This document shows, one piece after another, positions 19,284 to 29,451 of a stretch of DNA of 64,000 nt. Where the stretch lies: the NCBI GenBank assembly GCA_002376005.1, contig DFNJ01000027.1:8587-72586 (forward strand), read 5' to 3'. Source of the DNA: Firmicutes bacterium UBA3570. Lineage in GTDB: Bacteria > Bacillota > Sulfobacillia > UBA3561. Under the pieces are notes generated by a model that worked only from the letters and a program-made list of their open reading frames with translations, made no database searches and was not told the DNA's origin. The position numbers and the translations under genes were made by a program. Position 1 is the stretch's first letter, and every line of letters starts with the position of its first letter.

Positions 19284-19757
19284 TTAGGATACGATCTCCT
19301 TTATTTCCGGCTTGAAATCGCCCCGTGCTGTGGCTCTACGGTCCAGCAGGCGTAGAACCCACACTCCCTTGCCAAAACCGGCTATCAGCCCCACGGCTAG
19401 CCAGACGTCGGGGGGCAGCACACCCATCAGGTGGGCGGCGACCCACCCTCCGAGGCATCCGATCAACGCTCCCAGGAGGGGGACCCCGTACACCAGGATG
19501 GCAGCGGTGAGGGCACGGCGCGGATCCATCTCGACCCGGACCCATTGCCCCGGTTGCGCCCCCAGGGGGTTGCGGGCTAGCACCAGGAGCTCCATGGCGG
19601 GATCGGTGGCTGCCGGACCGCATTTCCGGCACGATGCGCACATCGAAGTCCGGCGCATGCGCACCAGGGCATCGGGACCGACGAGTTCCCTGACCATTCC
19701 CAACTCGCCTGTTTCTGCCATACCATCACCAGCGAAAGACGGTCGTTCCATCTCCAT
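19284..19757 (-). CDS. rseC: RseC/MucC family protein (sigma-E regulator / SoxR-reducing system component family)
   Basis: CASCRKCG Cys cluster, then two C-terminal TM helices (AAILVYGVPLLGALIGCLGG...). Size matches family. Start probably ATG ~19721 (MAETGELGMVRELVG). Confidence 0.6.
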   Translation of the reverse strand: MEMERPSFAGDGMAETGELGMVRELVGPDALVRMRRTSMCASCRKCGPAATDPAMELLVLARNPLGAQPGQWVRVEMDPRRALTAAILVYGVPLLGALIGCLGGWVAAHLMGVLPPDVWLAVGLIAGFGKGVWVLRLLDRRATARGDFKPEIKEIVS

Positions 19758-20131
19758 TCTACCAGAGCTGGCCAGGGCACCGGGTCAGATCCTGACAGTG
19801 AAGTGCGCGCCTGAAGCTATAGCGAAAGCCGATCACCTTGACTTTGTACTGCCCGGAGTTGATGACTCCTGGTTCGAGATGCTCCAACAGCGTCAGGAAC
19901 TCTGTGAGCATTCAGTGACCAGCCACACCGCGGGACGCCAGGGCAAGCTGGGGACGACGGTGGCGGGACTAAGACCGGATGGATGTTCGGTGCAACATTC
20001 GAGATCTCGTGTCTGAAAGAAAAAATGCACCTCCGCGGTCGCTTCGATCACCTGCTGTGCTGAGGCGGCTTTATGCTCACCCTCGACAGAGGCCAGGTTC
20101 ACCTATGCAGAGAGGTTCCTGCACCTAGCCT

Positions 20132-20695
20132 TTGAAAGCGGATCGGTATAGGTGGTATAGTTATGGCAGGGAGGCCGCTAGCGACGAACGCGGGGTGCTC
20201 ACTTTGCTGCACGAGAAAGTAGACCAAACCCTCTTCCGACTAAAGGAGGCCTGTCTGGCTGTATACGGTTCCAGACTGGTCTCACTGGTCGTTTTTGGTT
20301 CTGTGGGCAGAGGAACGCCCCGGTTTGATTCCGATATCGACCTTCTGCTGGTGGCCGACGACCTCCCGAGGGGACGGTTGAAGCGAGTGCACGAGTTTGC
20401 TCGGGTGGAAGAGAAACTCTGCCCGTGGTTCGAAGAGCTTTCTGCACTGGGCTTGGATTTTTCGTTGTCCCCCGTTTTCAAGACCCCGGCGGAGGTGGAA
20501 GCGGGCTCGTTGCTATTCCTGGACATGATTGATGACCGCCGCATTCTTTATGACAGGAAGGATTTCTTCGCCAGTTACCTGGAGAGACTTGCCCGCAGGT
20601 TACGGGAACTCGGTGCCTATAAGGTCCAGGAAGGAAGCCGGTGGCACTGGGTGCTGAAGCCTGATTACCGCCCAGGGGAGGTCTTTGAGATTTGA
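20132..20695 (+). CDS. Minimal nucleotidyltransferase (MNT), second HEPN/MNT pair
   Basis: VVFGSVGRGTPRFDSDIDLLLVADD NTase motif. Possible later GTG start ~20195. Stop overlaps the HEPN start (ATGA at 20692-20695). Confidence 0.75.
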   Translation: MKADRYRWYSYGREAASDERGVLTLLHEKVDQTLFRLKEACLAVYGSRLVSLVVFGSVGRGTPRFDSDIDLLLVADDLPRGRLKRVHEFARVEEKLCPWFEELSALGLDFSLSPVFKTPAEVEAGSLLFLDMIDDRRILYDRKDFFASYLERLARRLRELGAYKVQEGSRWHWVLKPDYRPGEVFEI

Positions 20696-21108
20696 ACAAC
20701 ATCACCCTGGCTCAAAGCTACCTGCAGAAAGCCTCTGTGCGTCTCAAGGTGCTTGATTTGCTGTTGGCCGAAAAGGCGTACTCCGATGTGATCCGCGAGG
20801 CTCAGGAAGCGGTGGAACTGGCGCTTAAGGGCATTCTCCGCCAGATTGGGGTAGAACCGCCGAAGCAGCATGACGTCGGACGCCTGGTGGTGGAATACGC
20901 CCGAAGCCTACCCCCCGATGTCCGGGAGGATGCGCCGCGACTGGCCGAGATATCCAGGTGGTTGCGCAAGGAGCGCGAGTTTGCCTTTTATGGAGACGTG
21001 GATTTTATCCCTACTGAGGAGTACACGCTGCAGGACGCTGAGCAAGCTCGTCGAGATTGTGCCTTCGTGGTTCAGGTAGCAAGGAGGGTGATCGCCGGCG
21101 GGCGCTAG
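20692..21108 (+). CDS. HEPN domain protein (PF05168-like), partner of MNT
   Basis: 138 aa. C-terminal LRKEREFAFYGD motif shared with the HEPN at 2636-2974. 4-nt overlap with upstream MNT. Confidence 0.7.
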   Translation: MNNITLAQSYLQKASVRLKVLDLLLAEKAYSDVIREAQEAVELALKGILRQIGVEPPKQHDVGRLVVEYARSLPPDVREDAPRLAEISRWLRKEREFAFYGDVDFIPTEEYTLQDAEQARRDCAFVVQVARRVIAGGR

Positions 21109-21279
21109 CCTTGACCTCGGTGTCGGGGCTGGGCCTTATGCAATCACTCGTAGCGACCTCGGCCTGCCCACGGCACTTTGCCCCTGTTTTGTTCAGGGAG
21201 GGCATCTCAGCCGACCCCGCTGGTGGGTGTCGTTGGTTCGCCTGCCCAGCTCCCGTACGCCCTCAGAGCACGGGAGGCA

Positions 21280-21912
21280 TTAACGTCCGATCTCGATGTA
21301 GGTTGAGGGCACTTGCCCCAGGATCACTGCCGAGGCCACCGGCGAGGTACTGCTGACGGTGACCTCGCCGCGCACGAAGGGGACTATTACCATTATCTCT
21401 ACCGTGACCAGAACTGACACCACGTGTCGGGTCTGATTGATGCCGGCTTCCTCGAAATATTCCTTAATGTCGGCGGTGACTGTGCCGGTGGGAATCAGGG
21501 TTATCGGCAGTCTGGGCCCCCATGTCGCCAACAGTTTCGACCCGAAGATGGCACCCAGGGGTACTTCTACCCTCCAGGGCTTCATCGCTTCCAGGCGTTG
21601 CTTGACCGCTAGGACGGTGGAGTAGGCAATGCGATTGATGGCGGGAGTGTTAGCCTGTATCATGACCACTCGGCCGGTCTCGTCCGTGTGCACCTGGAAG
21701 AGCTCGCGGTAGTCCACCGCGCGGGCCACCTGTTCATCCACTACCGCATTGATGATCTCAGTGGCCGCCAGCGCTGCCCGGACTTCGGCCAGTGCCATTA
21801 CCATGGGCCGGATTTGGAACTCCACCGTCCAGAGGCACAGGGCGGATGTCAGGATGACCACCAACACCACCCACCGCCAGCTCGCCCGTCGCCATCTGCG
21901 TCGCCTGCCCAC
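21280..21912 (-). CDS. yunB: Sporulation protein YunB-like
   Basis: R-rich N-terminus plus TM helix, then ATEIINAVVDEQVARAVDYRELFQV and YFEEAGINQT blocks resembling the YunB family. Confidence 0.55.
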   Translation of the reverse strand: MGRRRRWRRASWRWVVLVVILTSALCLWTVEFQIRPMVMALAEVRAALAATEIINAVVDEQVARAVDYRELFQVHTDETGRVVMIQANTPAINRIAYSTVLAVKQRLEAMKPWRVEVPLGAIFGSKLLATWGPRLPITLIPTGTVTADIKEYFEEAGINQTRHVVSVLVTVEIMVIVPFVRGEVTVSSTSPVASAVILGQVPSTYIEIGR

Positions 21913-21964
21913 GGGGGTCGCCTCCGCAACAGTATATGTCGGCCGCCGGGCATACGGACGCTGC

Positions 21965-23176
21965 TTAACTCAGTCGGACGCGGAAGAACCGGCGCTTGCC
22001 CACCTGGATCAGTGCCCCGTCCCTAAGGTTGACGGTCTGCAGTTCCTCTTGAACCCTCACCCCATCCAGTCGCACCGCTCCCTGCCTGATTAGACGGCGC
22101 GCCTGGCTCCGGGACCTGACCGCCCCCAGGGCTTCCAGCAGATCGATGGCGGTGAGGGCGCGATCAGAGGACCCCAACGATACCTCGGGAATGTGGTCGG
22201 GAAGGGCCCCCTCGCGGAAGACCCTCACGAACTCTTCCTGGGCCCGATCCGCCTGTTCGCGGCCGTGGTACAGTGCCGTGATGCGGTGGGCGAGCTTCAT
22301 CTTGGCGTCGCGGGGGTGTAGCTGGCCGGAACGCAGCATGGTCTCGATCCTGTCGCATTCCGCGGGACCCAGGTCGGTGGTGAGGCGGTAGTACTCCATC
22401 ATCACCTCGTCCGGCAGCGACATCACCTTGCCGTACATTTCGTCAGGGGGGTCGTTGATGGCCACGTAGTTGCCCAGCGACTTGGACATCTTCTGCCGAC
22501 CGTCGGTACCGACGAGCAGGGGCATGGTGATTGCCACCTGCGGTTCGAGACCGTATTCGCGCTGGATATCGCGGGTTAGCAGAAAGTTGAATGTCTGGTC
22601 GGTGCCGCCCAGCTCCACGTCGATGCGCAGGGCAACCGAGTCGTAGGCTTGAGCCAGCGGGTAGAGCAGCTCGTGCATGCTGACCGGCTGTTCCGCCCGA
22701 AGGCGCTTCTGAAAATCGTCCCGCTCCAGCATCCGCGCCACGGTGTACTTGGAGGCCAATTTGATGACGTCCGCGAACCGGAGCGACCCCAGCCAGTCGT
22801 TATTGAACACTACTCTGGTCTTGTCCGGATCCAGGATCTTGAAGACCTGCTCCCGGTAGGTCTCCGCATTCCGCTGGACTTCTTCCTCGCTGAGCTGTCT
22901 GCGCGTCCGCGACTGTCCGCTGGGATCCCCGATTCTGCCAGTGAAGTCCCCGATGACGAAGTACACCAGGTGCCCGAGATCTTGGAACTGGCGCAGCTTC
23001 CTCAGCGGCACTGTATGCCCCAGGTGTATATCGGGCGCACTGGGATCGGCACCCAGCTTCACGCGCAGGGGCCGCCCTTCCATGGTTGCCCTTTCCAGCT
23101 TGCGGCGCAACTCCTCGCGGGTGATCACATCCGCGGTCCCATGGCAGAGGAGATCCAGCTGCTCGCTGATCTGCAT
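21965..23176 (-). CDS. tyrS: Tyrosine--tRNA ligase
   Basis: HIGH-class motif PDIHLGH, KMSKS, C-terminal S4 domain. ORF extends to 23389, but ATG 23176 (MQISEQLDLL...) with upstream GGAGGGAGG gives a 403-aa TyrS. Confidence 0.9.
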   Translation of the reverse strand: MQISEQLDLLCHGTADVITREELRRKLERATMEGRPLRVKLGADPSAPDIHLGHTVPLRKLRQFQDLGHLVYFVIGDFTGRIGDPSGQSRTRRQLSEEEVQRNAETYREQVFKILDPDKTRVVFNNDWLGSLRFADVIKLASKYTVARMLERDDFQKRLRAEQPVSMHELLYPLAQAYDSVALRIDVELGGTDQTFNFLLTRDIQREYGLEPQVAITMPLLVGTDGRQKMSKSLGNYVAINDPPDEMYGKVMSLPDEVMMEYYRLTTDLGPAECDRIETMLRSGQLHPRDAKMKLAHRITALYHGREQADRAQEEFVRVFREGALPDHIPEVSLGSSDRALTAIDLLEALGAVRSRSQARRLIRQGAVRLDGVRVQEELQTVNLRDGALIQVGKRRFFRVRLS

Positions 23177-23426
23177 CTTTTCTTTCCTACCTCCCTCCAT
23201 ATCCGGAGACACCCTACCCCGGTACGCGGGGATCTCCCGAAACCACGGGATTCGCCCCCGCAGGGCTGCGGATGCCCATGCTACGGCGGGCCGACGGAGT
23301 TCGGTGCCAATAGAATAGCACACCGGTGGCGTGGCGACAAGGATTGGCCGCCAGCGCGCCAACAGCACCGGACGGGCGAATAGGGACATCGAGGCCGTGG
23401 CAGGGTATTACCAGGAGGTAGGGGTG

Positions 23427-23945
23427 ATGGCAGAACCCGCGCACCGCTGGGCTGGCGTGGCGGGCATACCTGCGCTCCTTTTGGTGTTATTGCTCTGGTG
23501 GTGGGCGTTCCCGCAAGCCAAGGTCCATACCGAGGTCACGCTGCAGCCGGGGGCCACCATTACCTACCGCACCGAGTACCGCTGGTGCGGCCACCATTCT
23601 ACCATTTCGGTACCCGCCGGATCGACCCTGGTAGGAGCGGACGCATCCCGGATACGAGAGTTACTGCCGGGCTGGCATCTGAGGTACATGGATGCGTCAT
23701 CCGTGCTACTGGTGCGCTCGGTGGAGGCTCTGTGCCCGGAGGATGCCCCATACCGCACGGTGGTCCTTCGGGAGGGGCGGGTGGCGGTATATTACGGTCG
23801 CCGCCCCCATGAGGAGGCAATCAAGGAAATCACTCACCTGCGGGAGGAGGATCTGTTGGACGCGGACAAGGCCCGCCTGCGCCAGGGCGTGGTGGTACGG
23901 GGTGACCAAGAGGTCCGACGTCTTCTGGAGGGTTTGATTGACTGA
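23427..23945 (+). CDS. Membrane-anchored hypothetical protein
   Basis: ATG 23427 with GGAGG upstream. N-terminal TM helix (GIPALLLVLLLWWWAFP). Divergent from tyrS. Confidence 0.45.
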   Translation: MAEPAHRWAGVAGIPALLLVLLLWWWAFPQAKVHTEVTLQPGATITYRTEYRWCGHHSTISVPAGSTLVGADASRIRELLPGWHLRYMDASSVLLVRSVEALCPEDAPYRTVVLREGRVAVYYGRRPHEEAIKEITHLREEDLLDADKARLRQGVVVRGDQEVRRLLEGLID

Positions 23946-24019
23946 GCCGGCGAGCGGGGAGGAATGCAGTACCACCTCGTAGAACCTGGCCTCGGTGAGG
24001 CCTGGTCCTTTTTCTGGGG

Positions 24020-24529
24020 GTGTCCCATCTGACAGTCCTGGGCATTGATCCGGGCACGGCGGTGACCGGCTATGGTGTAGTGCGCCAGGACGGTACCAAG
24101 CTGACCGCGCTGGATTACGGATGCGTTCGCACCGACAGCAAGGCATCGCTTCCCCATCGCCTGCTGAAACTTTACCGGGAGCTCAGCGCACTGATTGGCC
24201 GATTCAGCCCCGATGCAGTGGCGGTGGAACAAATCTTCTTCAATCGCAATGTCAGGTCTGCCCTGGCGGTGGGCCAGGCGCGGGGAGTGGCGCTGCTGGC
24301 CGCGGCTCGTGCCGATGTTCCGGTCCTGGAGTACACTCCGCTTGAGGTGAAGCAGGCAGTGGTCGGATACGGCCGGGCGGATAAGTGCCAGGTTCAGCGT
24401 ATGGTGATGGCCGTACTCAGGTTGCCAGAGACGCCGGCGCCAGACGACGTGGCCGATGCACTGGCGGTGGCGGTGTGCTGCCTGCACAGTCGCGCCACCC
24501 GCCGGCGTTGGGAGGGGGAGGGCGCTTGA
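24020..24529 (+). CDS. ruvC: Holliday junction resolvase RuvC
   Basis: GTG start. LGIDPGTAVTGYGVV N-terminal motif, catalytic D/E positions. 169 aa. Confidence 0.9.
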   Translation: MSHLTVLGIDPGTAVTGYGVVRQDGTKLTALDYGCVRTDSKASLPHRLLKLYRELSALIGRFSPDAVAVEQIFFNRNVRSALAVGQARGVALLAAARADVPVLEYTPLEVKQAVVGYGRADKCQVQRMVMAVLRLPETPAPDDVADALAVAVCCLHSRATRRRWEGEGA

Positions 24530-25146
24530 TTGCCCAGCTGGTGGGGGAAGTGGTGGCCAAGGGGGTCGACCGGGTCCTGGTGGCCGTGGGAGGTGTGGTC
24601 CTCCAGGTGTGGGTCCCCGCGGGCACGGCACAACGCCTGGGCGCGGTGGGCAGCCAGGTCCGGTTGTGGACTCATGTCCGCATACGCGATGAGATCCCCG
24701 AGATATACGGATTCGATACCGAGGAGCAGAAACGGCTGTTCGAGATTTTGCTCACGGTTTCTGGTGTGGGGCCCAAGGCGGCGCTGGGCATCCTGGGAGC
24801 CATATCACCGGCCGAGTTCCACCGTTGCGTGGTGCTGGAGGACATGGAGGCCCTGACCGAGCTGCCGGGTATAGGAAAGAAGACCGCCCGTCGGATCTTG
24901 GCGGAACTGAAGGACAGGATGGCAGCGGGAGTCCTCAGCGCCAGCCGCTCGGAAGTGCCGTTGACGGCCGGCAGCGAATGGGAGGAGGCGGTCAGCGCCC
25001 TGGTGGCTCTTGGGTACGGCCGGATGGAGGCGGCGCGGGCAGTGCAACGGGCGCGGTCGCAGGCAGGAGAGGAGGTGCCCGTGGAGGAGCTGGTTCGGCG
25101 CGCATTGAAGCTGCTGGGCCGAGACCGGATGGCCGGGGAAGGGTGA
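24526..25146 (+). CDS. ruvA: Holliday junction DNA helicase RuvA
   Basis: TTG 24526 overlapping ruvC stop (TTGA). [10 protein letters not shown] start, HhH pair ([27 protein letters not shown]), C-terminal domain III. ORF upstream of 24526 overlaps ruvC out of frame. Confidence 0.85.
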   Translation: MIAQLVGEVVAKGVDRVLVAVGGVVLQVWVPAGTAQRLGAVGSQVRLWTHVRIRDEIPEIYGFDTEEQKRLFEILLTVSGVGPKAALGILGAISPAEFHRCVVLEDMEALTELPGIGKKTARRILAELKDRMAAGVLSASRSEVPLTAGSEWEEAVSALVALGYGRMEAARAVQRARSQAGEEVPVEELVRRALKLLGRDRMAGEG

Positions 25147-25150
25147 TAGC

Positions 25151-26206
25151 GTGGGTCGGACGAGTCGAAGAGACGAGGACCGCATATTGGCCCGGAGGGC
25201 GCGCGATGCCGAAGAGGTTCGGCTGGAGTCCACCTTAAGGCCGCGTACCCTCCAGGAGTTCATTGGGCAGGAGCGGATAAAGGAGCGCCTGGCCATATTC
25301 ATCCGAGCAGCGCGCGAACGGGATGAAGCGCTGGACCACGTGCTGCTGTACGGCCCTCCTGGTCTCGGTAAGACCACCCTTGCCTACGTGATTGCCAATG
25401 AGATGGGCGTGAACCTCAGGGTGACGTCGGGGCCCGCCATCGAGCGACCCGGCGACCTGGCAGCAATACTCACCAACCTGGAAGACAGAGACGTCCTGTT
25501 CATAGATGAGATCCACCGATTGCACCGCACGGTGGAGGAGATCCTGTATCCAGCGCTGGAGGAGTACGCATTGGACATCGTGCTGGGGAAGGGTCCCAGC
25601 GCACGCACTCTTCGCCTGGACCTGCCCCGCTTCACCCTGATCGGCGCCACCACCAGGGCAGGCCTCATTACCTCGCCCTTGCGAGACCGGTTCGGGGTGA
25701 TAAGTCGGCTGGACTATTACACCCCCGACGAGCTGCAGGCGATCGTGCTGCGTTCCGCCCGCATCCTGGGGGTGGAGATAGATGAAGAAGGGGCACGGGA
25801 GGTGGCCAAGCGGGCTAGAGGCACGCCCAGGGTGGCCAACCGCCTGCTCAGACGCTTACGGGACTATGCCCAGGTGATGGCCGATGGCGTGGTGACGGGA
25901 GAGGTCGCCCGGGCGGGACTGAAGATGCTGGAGGTCGATGAGCTGGGATTGGATCGCATTGACCTGAAGCTGCTGCAGGCGATAATCACCAAGTATCGCG
26001 GTGGCCCGGTGGGGCTGGAGACCATCGCTGCCGCGGTGAGCGAGGAACCGGAGACCATCGAGGACGTTTACGAGCCCTACCTGATGCAGATCGGTTTCCT
26101 GCAGCGCACGCCGCGGGGGCGAGTGGCCACCGAGCTCGCCTACCGACACTTAGGTGTGTCGCCAGGTCATCCGGTACAGGAGAAGCTGTGGAGGGACGAG
26201 GGCTGA
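25151..26206 (+). CDS. ruvB: Holliday junction DNA helicase RuvB
   Basis: Walker [10 protein letters not shown], Walker B DEIH, sensor motifs. 351 aa. Confidence 0.95.
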   Translation: MGRTSRRDEDRILARRARDAEEVRLESTLRPRTLQEFIGQERIKERLAIFIRAARERDEALDHVLLYGPPGLGKTTLAYVIANEMGVNLRVTSGPAIERPGDLAAILTNLEDRDVLFIDEIHRLHRTVEEILYPALEEYALDIVLGKGPSARTLRLDLPRFTLIGATTRAGLITSPLRDRFGVISRLDYYTPDELQAIVLRSARILGVEIDEEGAREVAKRARGTPRVANRLLRRLRDYAQVMADGVVTGEVARAGLKMLEVDELGLDRIDLKLLQAIITKYRGGPVGLETIAAAVSEEPETIEDVYEPYLMQIGFLQRTPRGRVATELAYRHLGVSPGHPVQEKLWRDEG

Positions 26207-26733
26207 AGATACTGGTGCACGTGTGTTGTGCTCCCTGTTTTCTGGCGGTGGAGCGTCATCTGGAGGGCACCCGGCTGCGTCCTGTCCTGTACTTCCATAA
26301 CCCCAACATCCACCCGTATCGGGAATACGAGCGCCGGCTGAGGGCGCTTCGGGAGTACGCCGAGACGCGGGGCCTACCGCTGGAAGTGGGAGGCTATGCG
26401 TACGTGGATTTCTTGCGGCGGGCTCTGGTGGACCCCCGGAGACCGGCTCGCTGCCGGGTTTGCTATCAGATGCGGCTGCAAGCTGCCAGTTGTCAGGCCG
26501 TATCGGCGGGAGCTGAGTATTTCACCAGTACCCTGCTGGCCAGTCCGTACCAGGATCACGAGATGGTACGGCGGCTGGGCGAAGAAACGGCTCGGCAGAG
26601 CGGAACCGCCTGGTATTACGCTGACTTTCGCCAGCACTGGTCGTGGGCGCAGGGTCGGGCTCGCCAGCTGGGAATGTACCGGCAGGGATATTGCGGATGC
26701 ATTTTCAGCGAGGAGGAGAGGTACGCCCGATGA
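26188..26733 (+). CDS. queH: Epoxyqueuosine reductase QueH (DUF208)
   Basis: [10 protein letters not shown]-terminal Cys motif and C-terminal GYCGC characteristic of QueH. Overlaps ruvB end by 19 nt. Confidence 0.8.
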   Translation: MEGRGLKILVHVCCAPCFLAVERHLEGTRLRPVLYFHNPNIHPYREYERRLRALREYAETRGLPLEVGGYAYVDFLRRALVDPRRPARCRVCYQMRLQAASCQAVSAGAEYFTSTLLASPYQDHEMVRRLGEETARQSGTAWYYADFRQHWSWAQGRARQLGMYRQGYCGCIFSEEERYAR

Positions 26734-26951
26734 ACGGGGTTGAGTTGGGACGTCTGCTACTGGTGATCGGACTCATCGTGGCCCTGCTGGGGGCGGTTTT
26801 GACCTTCGGCGGGGGACGGCTACGACTGGGCCGGCTGCCAGGAGATATCTATATTCGCCGAGACGGGTTCGTCTTCTACTTCCCCCTGGCCACGTGCCTG
26901 GTGGCCAGTTTGGTGCTGTCAGCAATCTTGATGCTGGTGTTCCGCCGATGA
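26730..26951 (+). CDS. DUF2905 family small membrane protein
   Basis: ATG 26730 overlapping queH stop (ATGA). GRLPGDIYIRRDGFVFYFPLATCL matches DUF2905. ~73 aa. Confidence 0.55.
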   Translation: MNGVELGRLLLVIGLIVALLGAVLTFGGGRLRLGRLPGDIYIRRDGFVFYFPLATCLVASLVLSAILMLVFRR

Positions 26952-28306
26952 GAGGGTGGGCATCCTTCGTGCTCCCGAGGGTGCTTTGCGCGGCGGTCAT
27001 GGCGTGGTCGGTGACTGCCGCAGCAGCTGCCGGTTTGTCCGTCGCTGCTGGTGAGCCGGACATCAGGGTGCTGCTTGACCGGGGAAGGGCACTGCGGGTG
27101 AGCGTTGAGGGGCCGCACCAGCTGTATTCCGCGGGAGTCCCGCTGGTGGCGCAGCCAAGGCAGGCCACTTGGGAGATTCATGCCGCGGACGGAGCGGCTC
27201 GGTTGTTCCGCAACGGCAGGTATTTCGGGCCAGCACGGTTTCCTCTCGTCTTCCAACCCGCCAGTGCGGGACTCATCCGGGTTGGAGATGGCCGCTATCG
27301 CGGCACTCTGGAGGTGGTGGCTGAATCCTCCGACCTGTTGGCGATAAACGTACTCAGCCTGGAGGAGTATCTTTACGGAGTGGTGGGCTGTGAGATGCCC
27401 GTCAGTTGGCCTCTGGAGGCCCTCAAGGCGCAGGCGGTGGCCTGTCGGACGTACGCGGTGTCGCATCGCGCCCAAGCTCGGCGCGCCGGGTTCCCCTACG
27501 ACCTGGGGGCGACGGCGGCATGGCAGGTGTACCGGGGCGTGGAGCGGGAGAGTGCCCGGGTGCGGGCTGCCGTTGACGGCACCCGCGGGCAGATCCTCAC
27601 CTACGCGGGATCCCCCATAAGGGCTGTTTACCACTCTTCCTCGGGCGGCCACACCGCATCCAGCCAGGAGGTCTGGGGAGTGGACTACCCCTACCTGCAA
27701 GCAGTGCCGGATCACGATCAGGATTCGCCTTACGCCTTCTGGAGCGAGGCTGTGCCCATGGAGGTCATCCAGGAAGTGGTGGCAGCGGTAGCAGGGGACG
27801 ACGTCATGGTGACCGCCGTGGAGCCAGTAGGTCCTCGCAGTGTATCCGGACGATGGCCCAAAATACGGATACGATGGGAGACCGGTGAGTTGGTGATGTC
27901 GGCCGGCGACTTCCGGCTTCGGGTGGGGCTGCCCAGTACCGTGTGGGAAGAGGTTACCGTGGTGTTGTCGGAAGATGAGGTCGATGCTGTGGCCAGGCTG
28001 GACTTCGTGGACCCGGTCAGTATCCTGGACGCGCGGGGACGCACCGTTCGCAAGGTGGTGGGGGGAAACACGGCGGTGGCGGCGGGTGGTCGGACCAAAC
28101 TATTGATTCGGCCGTACGTCCTCGTCCGGCGCACGGTAGCCGCTCATGTCTTGTTCCGTGGTCGTGGGTGGGGGCATGGAGTGGGGATGTCGCAGTGGGG
28201 AGCTAAAGCGCTTGCCGAACGGGGGTGGACCTACCGGCGGATCCTCCAGTATTATTACCCCGGTACCCGACTCGACACAGCTAGGTGGTCATGGGGGGAG
28301 CCATGA
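26948..28306 (+). CDS. spoIID: SpoIID/LytB domain protein (stage II sporulation protein D family)
   Basis: ATG 26948 overlapping upstream stop. Signal peptide, then LEEYLYGVVGCEMPVSWPLEALKAQAVACRTYAV and HSSSGGHTAS motifs typical of SpoIID. Confidence 0.75.
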   Translation: MRGWASFVLPRVLCAAVMAWSVTAAAAAGLSVAAGEPDIRVLLDRGRALRVSVEGPHQLYSAGVPLVAQPRQATWEIHAADGAARLFRNGRYFGPARFPLVFQPASAGLIRVGDGRYRGTLEVVAESSDLLAINVLSLEEYLYGVVGCEMPVSWPLEALKAQAVACRTYAVSHRAQARRAGFPYDLGATAAWQVYRGVERESARVRAAVDGTRGQILTYAGSPIRAVYHSSSGGHTASSQEVWGVDYPYLQAVPDHDQDSPYAFWSEAVPMEVIQEVVAAVAGDDVMVTAVEPVGPRSVSGRWPKIRIRWETGELVMSAGDFRLRVGLPSTVWEEVTVVLSEDEVDAVARLDFVDPVSILDARGRTVRKVVGGNTAVAAGGRTKLLIRPYVLVRRTVAAHVLFRGRGWGHGVGMSQWGAKALAERGWTYRRILQYYYPGTRLDTARWSWGEP

Positions 28307-29331
28307 CGGAACTCCGGTTGTTTGACTATCACCTCCCGGAAGAGCGCATAGCCCAGGAGCCCGCGGAGCCGCGGGATCACTCACGGCTGATGGTTCTGGA
28401 CCGGGCCGAACGTTCCATCACCCACCACGTATTTCGCGACTTGCCCAAGCTGCTGGGCCCGGCCGATCTGCTGGTCCTCAACGACACACGGGTGATACCC
28501 GCCCGACTCCAGGGCACGAAACGGGGTACGGGGGGGAAAGCGGAGATCCTGCTGCTGGAGGAAATGGGAGGCGGATGGTGGAAGGCGATGGTGCGCCCTG
28601 GGCGGCGGCTTCCCCCGGGAACGGAAGTAGATGTGGCGGGGGGAGAGGTGGTATGCCTGGTGGGCGAGCGGTTGCCCGAAGGGCTCCGCAAGGTACGCCT
28701 GGAGCCACCCCTGGGCGCTGAAGATCTCGGGCGCTTTGCCAGCTACGCCCTCCCCCCTTACATAAAGCGGTACCCCCGCGATCCGGAGCGCTACCAGACG
28801 GTGTATGCAAAGGTGCCCGGATCGGTGGCTGCTCCTACTGCCGGATTGCATTTCACCTCTAGGCTACTGGATGAGCTGCAGCGACGCGGCGTGGGACTGG
28901 CCTGGGTCACCCTCCACGTGGGACCAGGTACCTTTCGACCCATCAGGACCGAGAACATCAAGGAGCACCGGATGCACTCCGAGAGGTTCCGGGTGGAGGG
29001 TGAGGTACTCAGACAGCTTAGCCGTACTCGACGGCAAGGGGGACGGATCGTGGCGGTGGGCACCACGGTGGTCCGGGTGCTGGAGAGCATAGCGGATCAG
29101 CTGGACCGGGAAGCGGCGGGCGTCGAGGGGGCTACGGATTTGATGATCGTGCCGGGGCACCGCTTCCGTGCTGTGGATGCTCTCATCACTAACTTTCACC
29201 TGCCCCGATCCACGACTCTGGTGCTGGTGGCGGCCTTCGCGGGGAGGGAGCTGCTGCTCGAGGCCTACGAGGTGGCGTTGCGCAGCGGATACCGTTTCCT
29301 GAGCTTCGGGGATGCCATGCTCATCGTCTGA
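28303..29331 (+). CDS. queA: S-adenosylmethionine:tRNA ribosyltransferase-isomerase QueA
   Basis: ATG 28303 (MTELRLFDYHLPEERIAQEP) overlapping spoIID stop. Full-length QueA conservation. Confidence 0.9.
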   Translation: MTELRLFDYHLPEERIAQEPAEPRDHSRLMVLDRAERSITHHVFRDLPKLLGPADLLVLNDTRVIPARLQGTKRGTGGKAEILLLEEMGGGWWKAMVRPGRRLPPGTEVDVAGGEVVCLVGERLPEGLRKVRLEPPLGAEDLGRFASYALPPYIKRYPRDPERYQTVYAKVPGSVAAPTAGLHFTSRLLDELQRRGVGLAWVTLHVGPGTFRPIRTENIKEHRMHSERFRVEGEVLRQLSRTRRQGGRIVAVGTTVVRVLESIADQLDREAAGVEGATDLMIVPGHRFRAVDALITNFHLPRSTTLVLVAAFAGRELLLEAYEVALRSGYRFLSFGDAMLIV

Positions 29332-29451
29332 GCCGTGGGAAGGTCGGCCTCGTGCGTGGATGGTGACCGGCGCGGGGATCCCATGGCCGAATTGACGCTA
29401 CTGACCACCCATGGTATAATCCAGTGACTCTATCCGTGGTAGGGGAGAGCC

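Noticed and set aside
23177-23426. Expected a T-box riboswitch leader upstream of tyrS (minus strand), as is usual in Firmicutes
   Set aside because: Reverse-complemented the 250-nt leader and looked for the AGGGUGGNACCGCG T-box motif and a terminator/antiterminator with U-tract. Only loose GC hairpins (CCCCG-CGTAC-CGGGG) and no U-run were found. Cannot support a T-box call without a covariance-model search (Rfam RF00230)
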